Assembly (NCBI GenBank): GCA_004764695.1
Contig: SMSO01000014.1
Coordinates: 6,190,029-6,254,028, forward strand
DNA from: Schizochytrium sp. TIO01
Taxonomy: Eukaryota; Protista; Bigyra: Labyrinthulomycetes
DNA length: 64,000 nt
Reading direction: 5' to 3'
Positions within the stretch are counted from its first letter, which is position 1. Each line of letters begins with the position of its first letter. The position numbers and the translations under genes were made by a program. Below, piece after piece: positions 30,124-41,767 of this stretch. Under the pieces are notes generated by a model. It did no database searches. It worked only from the letters and a program-made list of their open reading frames with translations, and had not been told where the DNA came from.

Positions 30124-32724
30124 ACTCGTCGTCGTCACCGCCAAAGAGGAATTGGGAGGTTAGACAGACCTGAAAGAATTCTTTAACTGATTAGTTGATT
30201 TGTATGTGTTGTTTTACTTTTACGCTCTGTACTAGGTGCCTACCTATGTGATAGTCTAGTAGAATTAGTAGTCACAGATGTTTTATCTCTATCTTTTATT
30301 TTTGAGAATACTAAAAAAGATCGGTCATCAAACCACTCAATAAATGAATGCTCTCTTATCAAATTGGTTTTCATATACATATTTTTAAATAAATTATAAA
30401 TTCATGAATTGAAGAGATGTTATTAAAAAAGGAATACATACACACACAAGAGGCCCGGCTAATTAAATAGACGTAGCAAGAGAGCACATGAAAGAAAGCA
30501 AACTGCAGAATCGCTCGATCGTCACTACCACTGCCACGCTTATCATACCAGGGAGAAAGATTGCGATTGAGCTATTGATTGAGTCATCGATTGAAGAGAT
30601 TTTGAAGGGGATATATGCGAGTTGGAGGCTAGATACGAAGTTGTTTTTTGTGAATATGCTCCAGAGATGCAAATTACTTATTAAAAGAAATAACTAATTT
30701 ATAGGAGTATAAGTAAAATGTTTTACATAAACACCAAAAAATACTAGGGCAGCTAGCTTTTCTCTCGTGCGCGCCGCACTCTCAGTTGCGAGCGATCGCT
30801 TTGCCTTGAGCTTCTACCCAAGCTAAAGGAACCAAACGAGTTGCACTCTTCACTTTGCATCAGGGTATCTAGGTCCTTACTTTTGAAGAAAGGCATTATG
30901 ATATTAATCTAATTTATTAAAAATAAATAAAAATAAAAATAATATAAAAAAAAGGGAGAGAGGGAGAGAAAGGAGCGAGAATATGTAGATGCTAATACAT
31001 GTTAGTACTTGAATAGCCCCTGGTCGCATCGTTTTAAGATCCTTGATTTGCAATTACCTTCAGAGATTATTTTTAATGAGTTTATGGAGAAGCAGAATAT
31101 CCTTTCCTACTCAGCCGGCATCTCAAGTGCACGAGGATGCCTTTGCGAAGGGAAATTGGTGGTCGTCAAGCATCTGCGGTCGTAAACCTGCTCGGCCGCG
31201 GCGCCATGGGCTCTGACACTCTTTCCACATCGCCAACTGCGTGCTACTTTTCTTTCTTTCTTTCTTTCTTTCTTTGTGTTCGTTTTTGGGCGAAGATGAA
31301 TCGAATCAAATTCCGCTTTGTAAACCGAAGAGCCCAGTCAGACTGACTGCTTCATTACGAAGCCACGAAGCGAATCTCGAGATGCCATCGCGCTGCGAAT
31401 CGCAATCTATCTGCATGTAATCAGAGAACACGTAAACTCGGTGCCTCGTCGACACCCTCTGAAGAAAAGGTGAGCGAGCAATCTCAAACTGAGGAATTAG
31501 GGAAACAGTGGAAACTTGTAGAATCTCGGCATTCGCCCGTTGCCTGCCCAAACTAACACCAAACTCAAACTGGCTAAGTTTTCGAAGCCTTTGATAGCTT
31601 TATAGTAGGGAACTTCGAAGGCCTTGACGCACTTGGGTTCTTCACTCCAGGGATGCCATTCATGACATAGGTACACTCTAGAAATGCCTCACAAGAAGGG
31701 CTCGCTTCGTTGGAATGACAAGCACATATCATAATTAGTAGTTGTTGTATTGTAGTTGCTGCTGCCGCTGCTGCTGCTGCTGCTAGAGGAGTGGCTAGAA
31801 GGCAATCTCTGACGGCATCCCGGAGGAAGCGATGCAACTCACAAGAGAGGTACAGAAGGAAAATTAATTCGTTTGGGGATCGCAAATATGCCTTACACAT
31901 TTTGGTTTTCCATATCTTTTCTCTTGAACAAATCAAGATCAGAAATAGTATAAAGCAGCATGAAAATTCGATGTTATACGGAACGATTGCGCACATGATG
32001 ATTTAATCAAGAGCTGGAGCAAAAGGAGATTCACAAGGAATAGGGGCGCCTCCTTCTTGCCATGTGATTGCATGACATGCCTTGCACTGTATCTCTCAAC
32101 AAGTCTTACGAAAGTTCATGACATTAAACGTTGCATGAGATGATATCAGCTGCACAAGACCGCAATGCGGTTTTGATCGGGCTCCTAACATAGAATTTTG
32201 ACCTCAGACTGTTCATTGACTGTGCTGGTCCTTTTCACGACTTGAAAAGATAGTTTAGAGTGGAGCATGTAAAGGTTATAGATGACGAACTATAGTGGTG
32301 CCAGAAAAAAATCATAATTAACGTATATTCAACTTGCAATGCGCGCAGCAAGCTTACTGCCAGCAAGCGCATGATATTTAAAATATAAATTTAGCATGCT
32401 GGCGCAGTGTTATAGCTTTTGAGAGTTTGTTGTAAACAAGAAAAACGTTGTCCCAATTAAAAAAAAAAATGTTATACCATAAGGAGTTTATTCAACGTAG
32501 AAGAGGGGCTCTTTTACAATTATTTCCGTTGACAAATCCTGAAAGATTGCATTTGTGTATTTGTTGGAGCATACTTGCATGCACAAGATCGATTGCCGCT
32601 GAGAGCAAGAAGCGTATTAGGCTTGCGATGTGAACCGCAATTATTACCGTTCGCACGCCGTGTTCCCGCATGCTTTGCTTTACATTGAAGGAATATACAG
32701 CTAAGTGTCTAATCTGCCTAGCCC

Positions 32725-32770
32725 AACCTAACTTAACCTAACTTAACCTAACCTAACCTAACCTAACCTA
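32725..32770 (-). repeat. Interstitial (TTAGG)n-type pentamer tract with TTAAG variants
   Basis: aacctaacttaacctaacttaacctaacctaacctaacctaaccta. Confidence 0.9.
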
Positions 32771-33659
32771 TCTCTCCTTCCACGCACTCATCCTGCGTGT
32801 TTGCAGACCCGAAACCCCAATGACTCAAATATGATCCTCTTTCTCTTTCTCCTGAGTTCGCCACCCTTGTCAGGCTACCTCTGCATGCTTCACAGCACAA
32901 GCTACTCTGCAATAATCTACTCACAAAGTGAGAATAGAATCAATAAAGCAGCAACCAGCTGGATTGTTTAAGCCTAACTTACTATGCAGATCCTAGCAAC
33001 TACTAAGTGCACAGCAGCCTAAACAAAAAGGTTGCCCAGCCTATTCCACTCATTCCACTCAAAGGTTGCGTCCTTTAAACAACTAAAATCGCGTTTTCAC
33101 GCAGAGGAAGCTCCGAGCTGTGTTCTCTTCTCAAGTGCCAGATAAGATGTCAGCACCATCTTCTTCTCTCATCTTTGGTCATTGAAACTGCGGCCTTCGA
33201 AATGAAAACAGTCCTTTTGCAAGTGTCTTTCTGTCATTGCACATACAGCGGATCATGTTAAGCACCGAAAAGGATGCGCTGTGTGCTAGCTTGGACTTCT
33301 ATAGGCAGGCAGGCAAGCAGGTAAGTAAAGTAAGTAAGTACCTAGCATCCAATTCGCAGGAGAGTTCAGGTCCCACACTCTTGGCCTTTGAGGTCTGTCA
33401 GGAGTGGGAAAATGGAGCAACTTAAAGACAACCGCGAGTCCAAGAGGGTCCAGGCAGGAAGCCCTTTGACTAGCAGTACTGCTGCCCAGGTAGTCAGTCA
33501 GTCTTGGAAACATAACATGCCACATTAGTCTAATCTAGGCCTGAGATCAATTCTTCGTTTCCGTTAGGCAAGGCGTTGCTGACCTCGAAGAGCGGAGATC
33601 ATCGGTAGCTAAGAATCAACCTCGTGGCAGGATTTCCGCCTGCCCTTACATGCTTCCCT

Positions 33660-34330
33660 CCTGCCGCTCTCATTTCCCACTGTACGTCTCCAGCCAAATT
33701 ATTGGTAGCCAGCCTCTTCTTCCCGAGCCAAATTCCAAGTCCTATTCCATCACCTCAGCTCTTTCATCACCGTCAGCTCTTACGAACTATGATCCCCTCA
33801 AAACCGGAGCACTCGCCTCTTCGCTGCCTGGTACATGGCCAAAACCAGCAAAGCACTCGCCTGCACTTTGTTCTTCTTCAGCTCGTACACGTACGTTCTG
33901 CACTACACTTTGTAAACCCCCGGGTTTTACATGTATGCACGCATTTACATGTATGCACGCATTTACATGCACGCATTTACATGCATTTACATGCGAGGAT
34001 GTGTGCCTCTGTCACTCTTCCGCCAGCTTCTCTGCTTCGTCCTCCGTCTCCACCTCCATCAACTCCATCGTTTCCGTTTCTTCGCAGAACTGCGAGTTCC
34101 CACATATCCCCAAACACAGTGAGTGCTCAGTTCTTCGGCCAATCACCGACACCCTTAGCACCTGCATAGCCACTGCTACTGCCCCCCTGCACTGACTCTT
34201 CGTCCTACTGTGGCTATCCAAGTCTTATCATCCCGCTTTATTTTGACCCCAGGGGACCCGGCGTTGTGCGCATTCCACCAGACCTGGTGTCTATTAGGAG
34301 CTATATAGACTGATGTGCGCGCAGTCTTGT
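33660..34330 (-). mobile_element. Possible decayed 3' end of a non-LTR retrotransposon ORF2
   Basis: Broken frames CLGICGNSQFCEETETMELM (zf-RVT-like C..C..ET.EH) and KELR*WNRTWNL; many stops. Confidence 0.3.
33926..33994. repeat. Short decaying minisatellite TTTACATG(TATG)CACGCA
   Basis: Two 18-bp units followed by progressively shorter units. Confidence 0.9.
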
Positions 34331-34855
34331 TCATAGTCGCGCGTAACCTTGTGCCCAAGTTCTCTTCATTCGAGGTTATATGGTGTATGTATGTATGTAT
34401 GTGTTATGGAGCGATGGCCTGTCTTAAAATGGAGGCGGGATAGGGACAAGCAGAGCGAGCGTGTGTCCGAAAAGGCGGCGGCGGGCGTCCTAAAATGGCC
34501 TCGAGGAGGTGTCGTTGGTGGGCGAGGCAATTCCGTTTGCAGCGAAGGTACTCGCGGCGAGCTCGAGCTTTGGAGGGCGTTGGAGGCGCTGGGGAGACTC
34601 TCTTGAGGACATCTGGCGAAAAAGAAGAGCGTGTGGGGCGACAGGTGCGGCTGCTAGGTATTCACCGAGCTTGGAGGGCGTCTTTAAGGCAGCATTGGGG
34701 GTGTAAGTACGTGCCTATCACGGACGTGCTACTAGGTACAGACAGCATAGTCCACGGGTTTATCAAAAGTCGAGACCCAGGAAATCACTCAACAGGTTAA
34801 GAAGGTGTGAAAGAGCGTTCAAAAGATTAAGACTTTGCAAAACCGTGCTTGATCG

Positions 34856-35740
34856 ATGCAGAGACCTGAACGCACGACGTCTTCTTCTTCAGACCGCAAC
34901 TCGACGTCTCCGGCGTCTTCTCCGGAGCCAGAAAACGTGGCGTCCACTGCCAAGCTCTGTACGACCACCTCTTCTGGATCAAATTCGTCTCTCTCGATCG
35001 CATCCAAGAAAAGCGACGCCGTTGTTGACCTTGACGCGAGGCCTTACGAAGACGCTTCATACTGGGAAGGTCGCTATGGCCGCAGGTCCAAAGAGGATGA
35101 GACTGACGAATGGGGCTTTGAGTATGCCGATCTTGAGCCTCTTTTGACTCCACTCAAACCTCAAAGACAAGATGGTCTCATTGTTGATCTTGGCTGCGGT
35201 GTGAGCCAACTTCTGATCGACATGGCCTCGCAAGGCTGGGATAGGTTCGACCTTCTTGGGGTGGACCTCTCGGCCAATGCGGTCAAGACCATGCAGAGTC
35301 GCGTTAGGTCCCTCAACCTTCGTGCCAATATCAAGTTTGAGACTCTTGATCTCTGCAAGCTTGCGGAGCGTTTCCGCCCCAACTCTGTGGATCTGTACAT
35401 GGACAAGATGACCATGGATGCCATCCTCCACGCATCCAAGGGTGAGACCATGGTGCGAAAGATTTTCCGCCAGATTGCATCCACGCTTCGCGTCGGAGGT
35501 TCGTTTGTTCTTGTGTCACAGATGAACCCAGAGACTAACACTGACTTCCTCGAGCTCGTCGCAGAAGCCCTCCAGGAGGGCTGCCAGCACAAGGCTAATT
35601 GGCTCATCAACGTGCATGTTGCGGAAGACTCGGGCGTTGGCCTCAATGTATATATGTTCAAGAAAAATCCTCGTCACCAGATGTCACGCCGCAGCGGCAA
35701 CCAGGCCTCTCGCGTTACCCTTAAAATTCACGAATACTGA
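34856..35740 (+). CDS. Class I SAM-dependent methyltransferase, EEF1AKMT4/METTL13-N-like
   Basis: YEDASYWEGRY, DEW..EYADL, VDLGCGVSQL, GVDLS..AV, DLYMDKMTMDAI, L..GG.F. Confidence 0.85.
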   Translation: MQRPERTTSSSSDRNSTSPASSPEPENVASTAKLCTTTSSGSNSSLSIASKKSDAVVDLDARPYEDASYWEGRYGRRSKEDETDEWGFEYADLEPLLTPLKPQRQDGLIVDLGCGVSQLLIDMASQGWDRFDLLGVDLSANAVKTMQSRVRSLNLRANIKFETLDLCKLAERFRPNSVDLYMDKMTMDAILHASKGETMVRKIFRQIASTLRVGGSFVLVSQMNPETNTDFLELVAEALQEGCQHKANWLINVHVAEDSGVGLNVYMFKKNPRHQMSRRSGNQASRVTLKIHEY

Positions 35741-36230
35741 GTTTAGTAAAAGTCAGTTTTGTTGCTTTTTTTTGTGTGTTTCCATGATCTTTTTCCAACC
35801 GTCTTCACCTCTGGAAATCGATGTGCTTCCTCTTTTAAACTAATTGCATCGCATAAATTAAACGTGTGCTTGAGATGTCTTTTGTTGTACATCTACTGTT
35901 TTATCAGCATTCGATTTTAGAATTCAAGGCATTTGACTAGGAATGTGCTACTTCTGCGAATTAGAGGTCTAATCTATGCACGAGTAATCTGGTCGACAGT
36001 TTTTTTGTTGTTGGATCTGCTTGACCAATCATTTAGACAATAAGAAAATAAATGTGAAATTTAGATTCCTCAACTCTCAGTAAAGATAACATCAATACTC
36101 ATTTATTTAAGGAATGCAAGAAACATTATGGTACCAACATTGTTAAATAATTCATGAATCAATCTCTTTGCAAATGAAAATCAGAAGACTATGATACCGA
36201 CATCTCTAGGAGAATTATTACTGTTTTTAA

Positions 36231-37508
36231 TTATTGGGTTACAAATCCAGGGTGGGTCTTTTCGATTTGATCGACAATGCCATTAACAGAGTGGCAAAGA
36301 TCTTGGATAAGGGCATCGAAGCTGATAAGTGGATCGTCAGATTCTGCGGCAAAGTCCAAGATGCCATCGACTTGGTCAATCGTACCACTCATGCGTTTCT
36401 CCTTGATCATTGCAGAGGCAATCGACTCTGCACGTGATTCAGCAATATTTAATAGCTTAGCGAGCTCAGCAAAAGATACATTAGCATAGATCTTGGTAGC
36501 GGCCAGAACATTGTGCTCCAAAACTGCACGTTCCAAAACTGTGGCACCATCAGCAAGAATAGCCTTCTGGTGCGGCTCGAGGGTCTGCTCAAAGGCAACA
36601 ACTTCTGCGTTTGAAAGAATGCGCTCCATGTACATTTTCTCAAGCACCATCCACGATGTCGTTAGCGTCTTCGATCGCTCGTCTTTGTACAAGAGGTTAA
36701 GCATACGTTTTCGCTGAGGTCCAGCGCTTGCCAAGATGGCACACGTGACAGCCTTTGCAAGCAGGTGCATGAGATCCTCTTCTGCAACAGACTTTCCATC
36801 CACCATAACGGATTCCGTCGATAGTTGATAATACCTGTGTGCAGCATCTAAAAACCGCCTTTTTGAATCTAAGATCCGTGCATAAGATACCTTGTGGCGA
36901 ACTTGCACAAGTGGATCACAGCTATAAACAAACTGACTGGCGCGGTTCACATACATTTCAGCCTCCACGGTCTCATCCACTTCGAGGAAGAGCTCTGTGA
37001 TGCGAACGTACTGTTCCGCCTTTTGTGCATCAGAGTATCGTGCACCATCCATGTTGATAGCACTAAGCACACGGGCAGCACCAATATAGTCTTCCATTTC
37101 AGCAAGCACAGCGCCAAGAAGCTCGCGAATTCTAGCTTCGGTCTCTTCAAAAGCGCTTCGGCGTTCTCCAAGGATTTCCAACACAGCTTTGGCCACGTTC
37201 TCAACTTTCTCTCCTGAGACCGAATGTAAATCTTCTGCGAGCTGCTGCAGAGCGGGTTTGGAGACAACAACCGGAACGGAGTCCCTCATAAAGTAGCGAA
37301 CAGCCTCTATAACGGAGGACTCTGCTGCGCTGGATGAGTTCGAGGCCTCTGAAATAGCTCCACCATGGCCATGATCGCTCGTTTGCAACGCCCCAACGAG
37401 ATCAGAGACGACTTGCTTTACGTTGTGTACGAGAGATGCCTGATCAGATCCGCTGGATAGCAACGAATCCAGGCGAGCGGAAACGAGAGCGGCGGCTTCC
37501 TCTGCCAT
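36231..37508 (-). CDS. COPS4: COP9 signalosome subunit 4
   Basis: AEMYVNRAS, YARILDSKRRFLDAAHRYYQLS, ASAGPQRKRML..LYKDERS, PHQKA, EHNVLAATKIY, PCI domain GTIDQVDG. Confidence 0.96.
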   Translation of the reverse strand: MAEEAAALVSARLDSLLSSGSDQASLVHNVKQVVSDLVGALQTSDHGHGGAISEASNSSSAAESSVIEAVRYFMRDSVPVVVSKPALQQLAEDLHSVSGEKVENVAKAVLEILGERRSAFEETEARIRELLGAVLAEMEDYIGAARVLSAINMDGARYSDAQKAEQYVRITELFLEVDETVEAEMYVNRASQFVYSCDPLVQVRHKVSYARILDSKRRFLDAAHRYYQLSTESVMVDGKSVAEEDLMHLLAKAVTCAILASAGPQRKRMLNLLYKDERSKTLTTSWMVLEKMYMERILSNAEVVAFEQTLEPHQKAILADGATVLERAVLEHNVLAATKIYANVSFAELAKLLNIAESRAESIASAMIKEKRMSGTIDQVDGILDFAAESDDPLISFDALIQDLCHSVNGIVDQIEKTHPGFVTQ

Positions 37509-39996
37509 CCTCGCGAGGCTGTAAGAGCGTCACGACGCTGCACAGTTCGAACTCTAGCGAAGAAGATATCAATTCAGATTTCTCTTTTATTTATTTCATT
37601 TAAAAAGTTTTTAATTTTTTAAAAAATTTCCTTGTCTTTAACAATTGAACATTTCAGTCTTGTTTATTGGAAAGCAGCTCGGATTTACACCATCGCCTGC
37701 CTACCATGATGGAGAGACTTCGAATCAGAGCTTTTGTTGCATATTGCATGGTACCCCGACGTAGCAAAACTCTACAGCAAGCTAAACACCACAGACAAAA
37801 AAAATGATGCAATTTTCAGCACGTTGCAAGCTTGGCCAACCAAAAGCCAATCTGGCAATTATCAATTTTTCTTGAGAGGTGAGAGCACCAGAAATCCCAT
37901 GGAAGGCTACGATGAAAGACCTAATATAGATGAGCCGCAGTGCAAGACCACGGCCGCTGCAATTGAAAAACAAACAAACAGAAATGACAACTGTAAAGAC
38001 ACATTTGACAATATGGATCTTAAATCGTGCCAAGCCTTAGCGCTCATTCACAAAGCCGATCCTTTTCCCTGGTTCAGGCTTGTTTTTTTGTCAAGAGGAC
38101 TACATTTGGAAAGCATGCAATGAATATGGTACCATTCACAACAAGCGTGGAACACTGAAGGTATTTTTTAATCGAAAGCCCCAAATGCAAACACGTAACC
38201 AATCGTGATATCCACACACCGCCAGAAGCATCCTTTTGCGCTATCCATCCACGGTCGCGATTCTAAGAATGTAATCGAGGAGCAATTCATTTTTGTATCC
38301 CGCGATTGGGTAAGGCCTTAGCCCCACATCACCGTCGCAAACGCAAGTTTTGCAAATTTCAGGTTAATTATGAAGTGACGATCAAGCTTTGACCGTAGCG
38401 ATGCGACCGGGGAGCTTTACCAGAAGACCGTTCCACAATGGTTCTGTGTTCTGCAAATTACAACACATAGGTCTCAGCTACTGCACAGTAGAGATTAGTA
38501 GCTAGTGAAAATCTTCGGTCGTAGGTGCAAGGATCTTTGGGTACCTACTTACTTACTTACTTTTCGAGCAAATGAATCAATCCTTTGACTTGACGGTTGG
38601 ATAAAAGCTCAAGTCATAGTCTCGCATGAGCTCAGAGGAATGTGCCTGAGCCTTGGTTGATTACAGATCAAAAGTCCGTATGACTGAGTTGTGTTATTTG
38701 GGGCGTTGGATCAACACTGTCTACAGCAGCACACGCAAGCGTGCTAAAGCATACAGGAAATTATGAAAGATTGGGTGTAGAAAACCAAGTCACAGGACTG
38801 AAGTTGATCTTAGACATCCATAGTGCATATGTTTTGTGCTTTCTCATATGCTGCTCAAGTTCAAGGCCAAACCCTTTGACAAGTTGATGTCGGCAAAGCG
38901 AGGACGCAATGCATGCTTTACGTTTCTTCAACCTTACCATGTCAAGGTATGCGCTTTGGCAATCAATAATCAATACCCACTGATTGAATCATAAATCTCA
39001 TGCTAGTATGAGGTACTAGTACTACTACCTGCTCAATCCCGAGTAACGAGTAAGCAAATAGGTAGAGTGTGTTAACGAAGCCTTAAATCATGTTTGTCTA
39101 GCATAGTCTTGAATTTAGCTAGTTATATAGCTAGTTCTATAGTAGCCCCCTCGGTAATACCGGTGTTATTAGTATTACATATATCTATTAGATAGATCTC
39201 AACGACACTTCCTATCTACCCGACAAAACAAACGTGGCAGTGGTTATTTTGTACCCCTTAAAGGGTATATTATAAAACTTAGTGTATTATCCGATTTTTC
39301 CGCTGCTGCAGCTGCACGGCAGCGCCAACAAGTTAGTAGGGCAGATCAACTACGCCAGGTACGTGGCACGCGGGGCTCTTGCGGCGCTCGGGACTTGTGG
39401 AAGCGGAGGCGCTCACCTCCTCTGTGGCCCTGAGTTTACTTCTTTACCTAGTTTCTGCGGGGAGTTCTCTCAGGCTGGACAGAGATGAAGGTGCGGCGAT
39501 CGAAGCTTGGCTGTGTGGAGGTGGCCTCTTTCTATATATGTGATATTTATTCGTAGATATCGTATATTCATGCTTAATTACACACAGAGATGCTGGTGGG
39601 TCGTATCGATCGCTGCACATGCCTTTGGCTGTGGTGTCTCACTTCTGGGCTGCAGAAGGCTCCACCCTAGTCTGCAACTTTGTAGGCAGGCGCTGTATAG
39701 ATTTTTGTATGATATGAGATTAATTCGTTGTTTGAGGGTAATTACTGCACTAGGACATTGGAAAAACTAACTTTTGAGGCTCTTTGGATGGATCGATGGA
39801 TGGATACACTGATTGTTTTCTATGATGGTGTGGCGGTGATGCTCTGCCGGCATGGTATTACGTCATGAACAACTTGTTGCCCATGGTGCGACCTTTTGGA
39901 CGGTTTTATTTTATATTTCCTCGCTTACGTTTCTTGATGTCTACAGTCTAGCACTAGATTACTTGTTCTTTCGTGAACACTACCCTTCAACTCAAA

Positions 39997-40360
39997 ATGT
40001 CTGTTGCTAACGCTAACAAGATCTTCGCCAACGTTGGCCCCACCCTCAAGGCTGCCGCCTCCACCGAGGGTGGCAAGTGCTTCATGGTCGTTGGTGGTGC
40101 CGCCGGCATGGTACGTTTTCAGTTTCTAGCTGCGTTTTTATAACACTGAGGATTATCCCGTTTATGGAATAACCGCATACTGACCAAAAAGGTACAATCC
40201 CGAACGTGATTTCAATCTAAAACAATGTACACAGCTCCTCGGCCTCCAGTCCTACTTCTCCCTCTCTGAGGACTACCTCAAGACCGAGTCCACCTACGCT
40301 CGCCGCTACATCGGCCGCATCCGCAAGTACCACCTCGAGCAGGCCAAGGAGCACCACTAA
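39997..40360 (+). CDS. Spliced 79-aa microprotein (exons 39997-40110 and 40235-40360) with one short hydrophobic segment
   Basis: AAAATG start, GTACGT donor at 40111, TACTGAC branch-like site, ACACAG acceptor at 40234, phase-0 join; strong C-ending codon bias; MSVANANKIFANVGPTLKAAASTEGGKCFMVVGGAAGM|LLGLQSYFSLSEDYLKTESTYARRYIGRIRKYHLEQAKEHH. Confidence 0.85.
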
Positions 40361-41767
40361 GTGCTTCTTCGCTAGTACTCCCGTAACTGCGAACCTATGA
40401 CGAAAATTTGATTATCTTTCAATTTTCTCTATCTTTTGTTTTCTTGCTTTGTCTAAATGTTTCCTGTTTGTAACCAAACATAGAGATGCGCTGGCATATT
40501 ATTTTCTTGAGCTAAGCACAATCCTGCTGGCTAGCTTCCTTTAGATTTCTTTCCATCTGAATGAGAAAATGAATGATTCTGTCTTATGGCTTTGCTGAAG
40601 TTTTATATCTTGTATTGCCGGGCCAGTATTCTAGTGGAGATGTTTCCTTTACTCGATGATACCCTTAAAAAATGTGCTAGCCATGATCTACAAGCATCCC
40701 GTTGAAGCTATTGCGATTTGGAGTTTTTACTCATGCACAGCGCCCAAGAAGCGAGGCCCCAATTTAACTATAGGGAGGCTTTTATCTGTTCTATGAAACT
40801 GATACATTCTTATTTGTGTAAAAATCTAGACGAATGGGTTCTTTGGACAATCATATTTAAATACTTTGGAGAGCTTTTCTTGTGCTCGTCCAGGTTTTGA
40901 CTGCTCAAGTGCAACATGAGCTCGAATACAGTACTTTTTGTTAACTCTTCAGTTTTCAAACTGATCGGGTTTAGCTTAATTTTCAATTAATCAGTGCATT
41001 TAGATACAATAAATCTACGTAAGGGTGCTATGAATTTGTACAAGCGATCACCAGGGCTTCACGTCAATGGTCCCTTGTACAAAAGGGCAACATACCCAAC
41101 AAAGAGATTTATTCAGAATAAGGGACTTCATTTCTTCTTTCTTGCAGAACAAGAAAAACACCCTTGCTCTAAGGCATAGTTGTTTAATGCTCGATACCCA
41201 ACTATATGTCATTGGGAGCATACAAAAGTGCCCCCTCAGTCAGTGTAAACTGCCACCTCTTTTACGAACTGACAAACTCTCTTACTTAAGAAAGAACGTT
41301 GATTGTGGGTACACACCAATGCCTTATGCGCACCCCTATAGTATTGGATACCATCATGGTAGGTAGATGATACCTATGGTGATAATTTTTCCCAGCATTA
41401 TTTGGAAACCTTACCCCATGCCGTCAGACCTCAAGCAGACATTGATCTGCCATGCGAGCTTCCTTTGTGTACGCTGTGTGAATGGTCCAAGTTCAAGAAG
41501 ATTCTCATATTGGCGAGGGGTGATTACGTCTTTGGTTTAGAGTATACTCCAGGGAGCACGGAGAGGCAGCTAGACTGTCCGTTGTACATTGCGTAAAGCT
41601 TAAAAGCTTCTTCAACTTATCGAAGATCTGAAGAGGGTCGCGACCACAGGACCAGAGACAAAGTCGTGATACGACTAGTGAAACAGATCACCATCATTGT
41701 CTTGTAGAAAAGTTCAGACACTGTCACAGTCAATTTATTTATAGAACACGACAGGAGCAAAAACATT

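Noticed and set aside
16995-32815. Shared 13-mer gcagacccgaaac near 16995 and 32803
   Set aside because: Matches of this length are expected by chance in 64 kb and there is no flanking similarity
33624-34195. Two 181-aa plus-strand ORFs
   Set aside because: Low-complexity and minisatellite-driven; no coding signature
37734-39770. Short ORFs in the CSN4-microprotein gap (similarly 40718-41596 and 49664-51776)
   Set aside because: Mostly non-ATG starts, no host codon bias and no recognisable motifs
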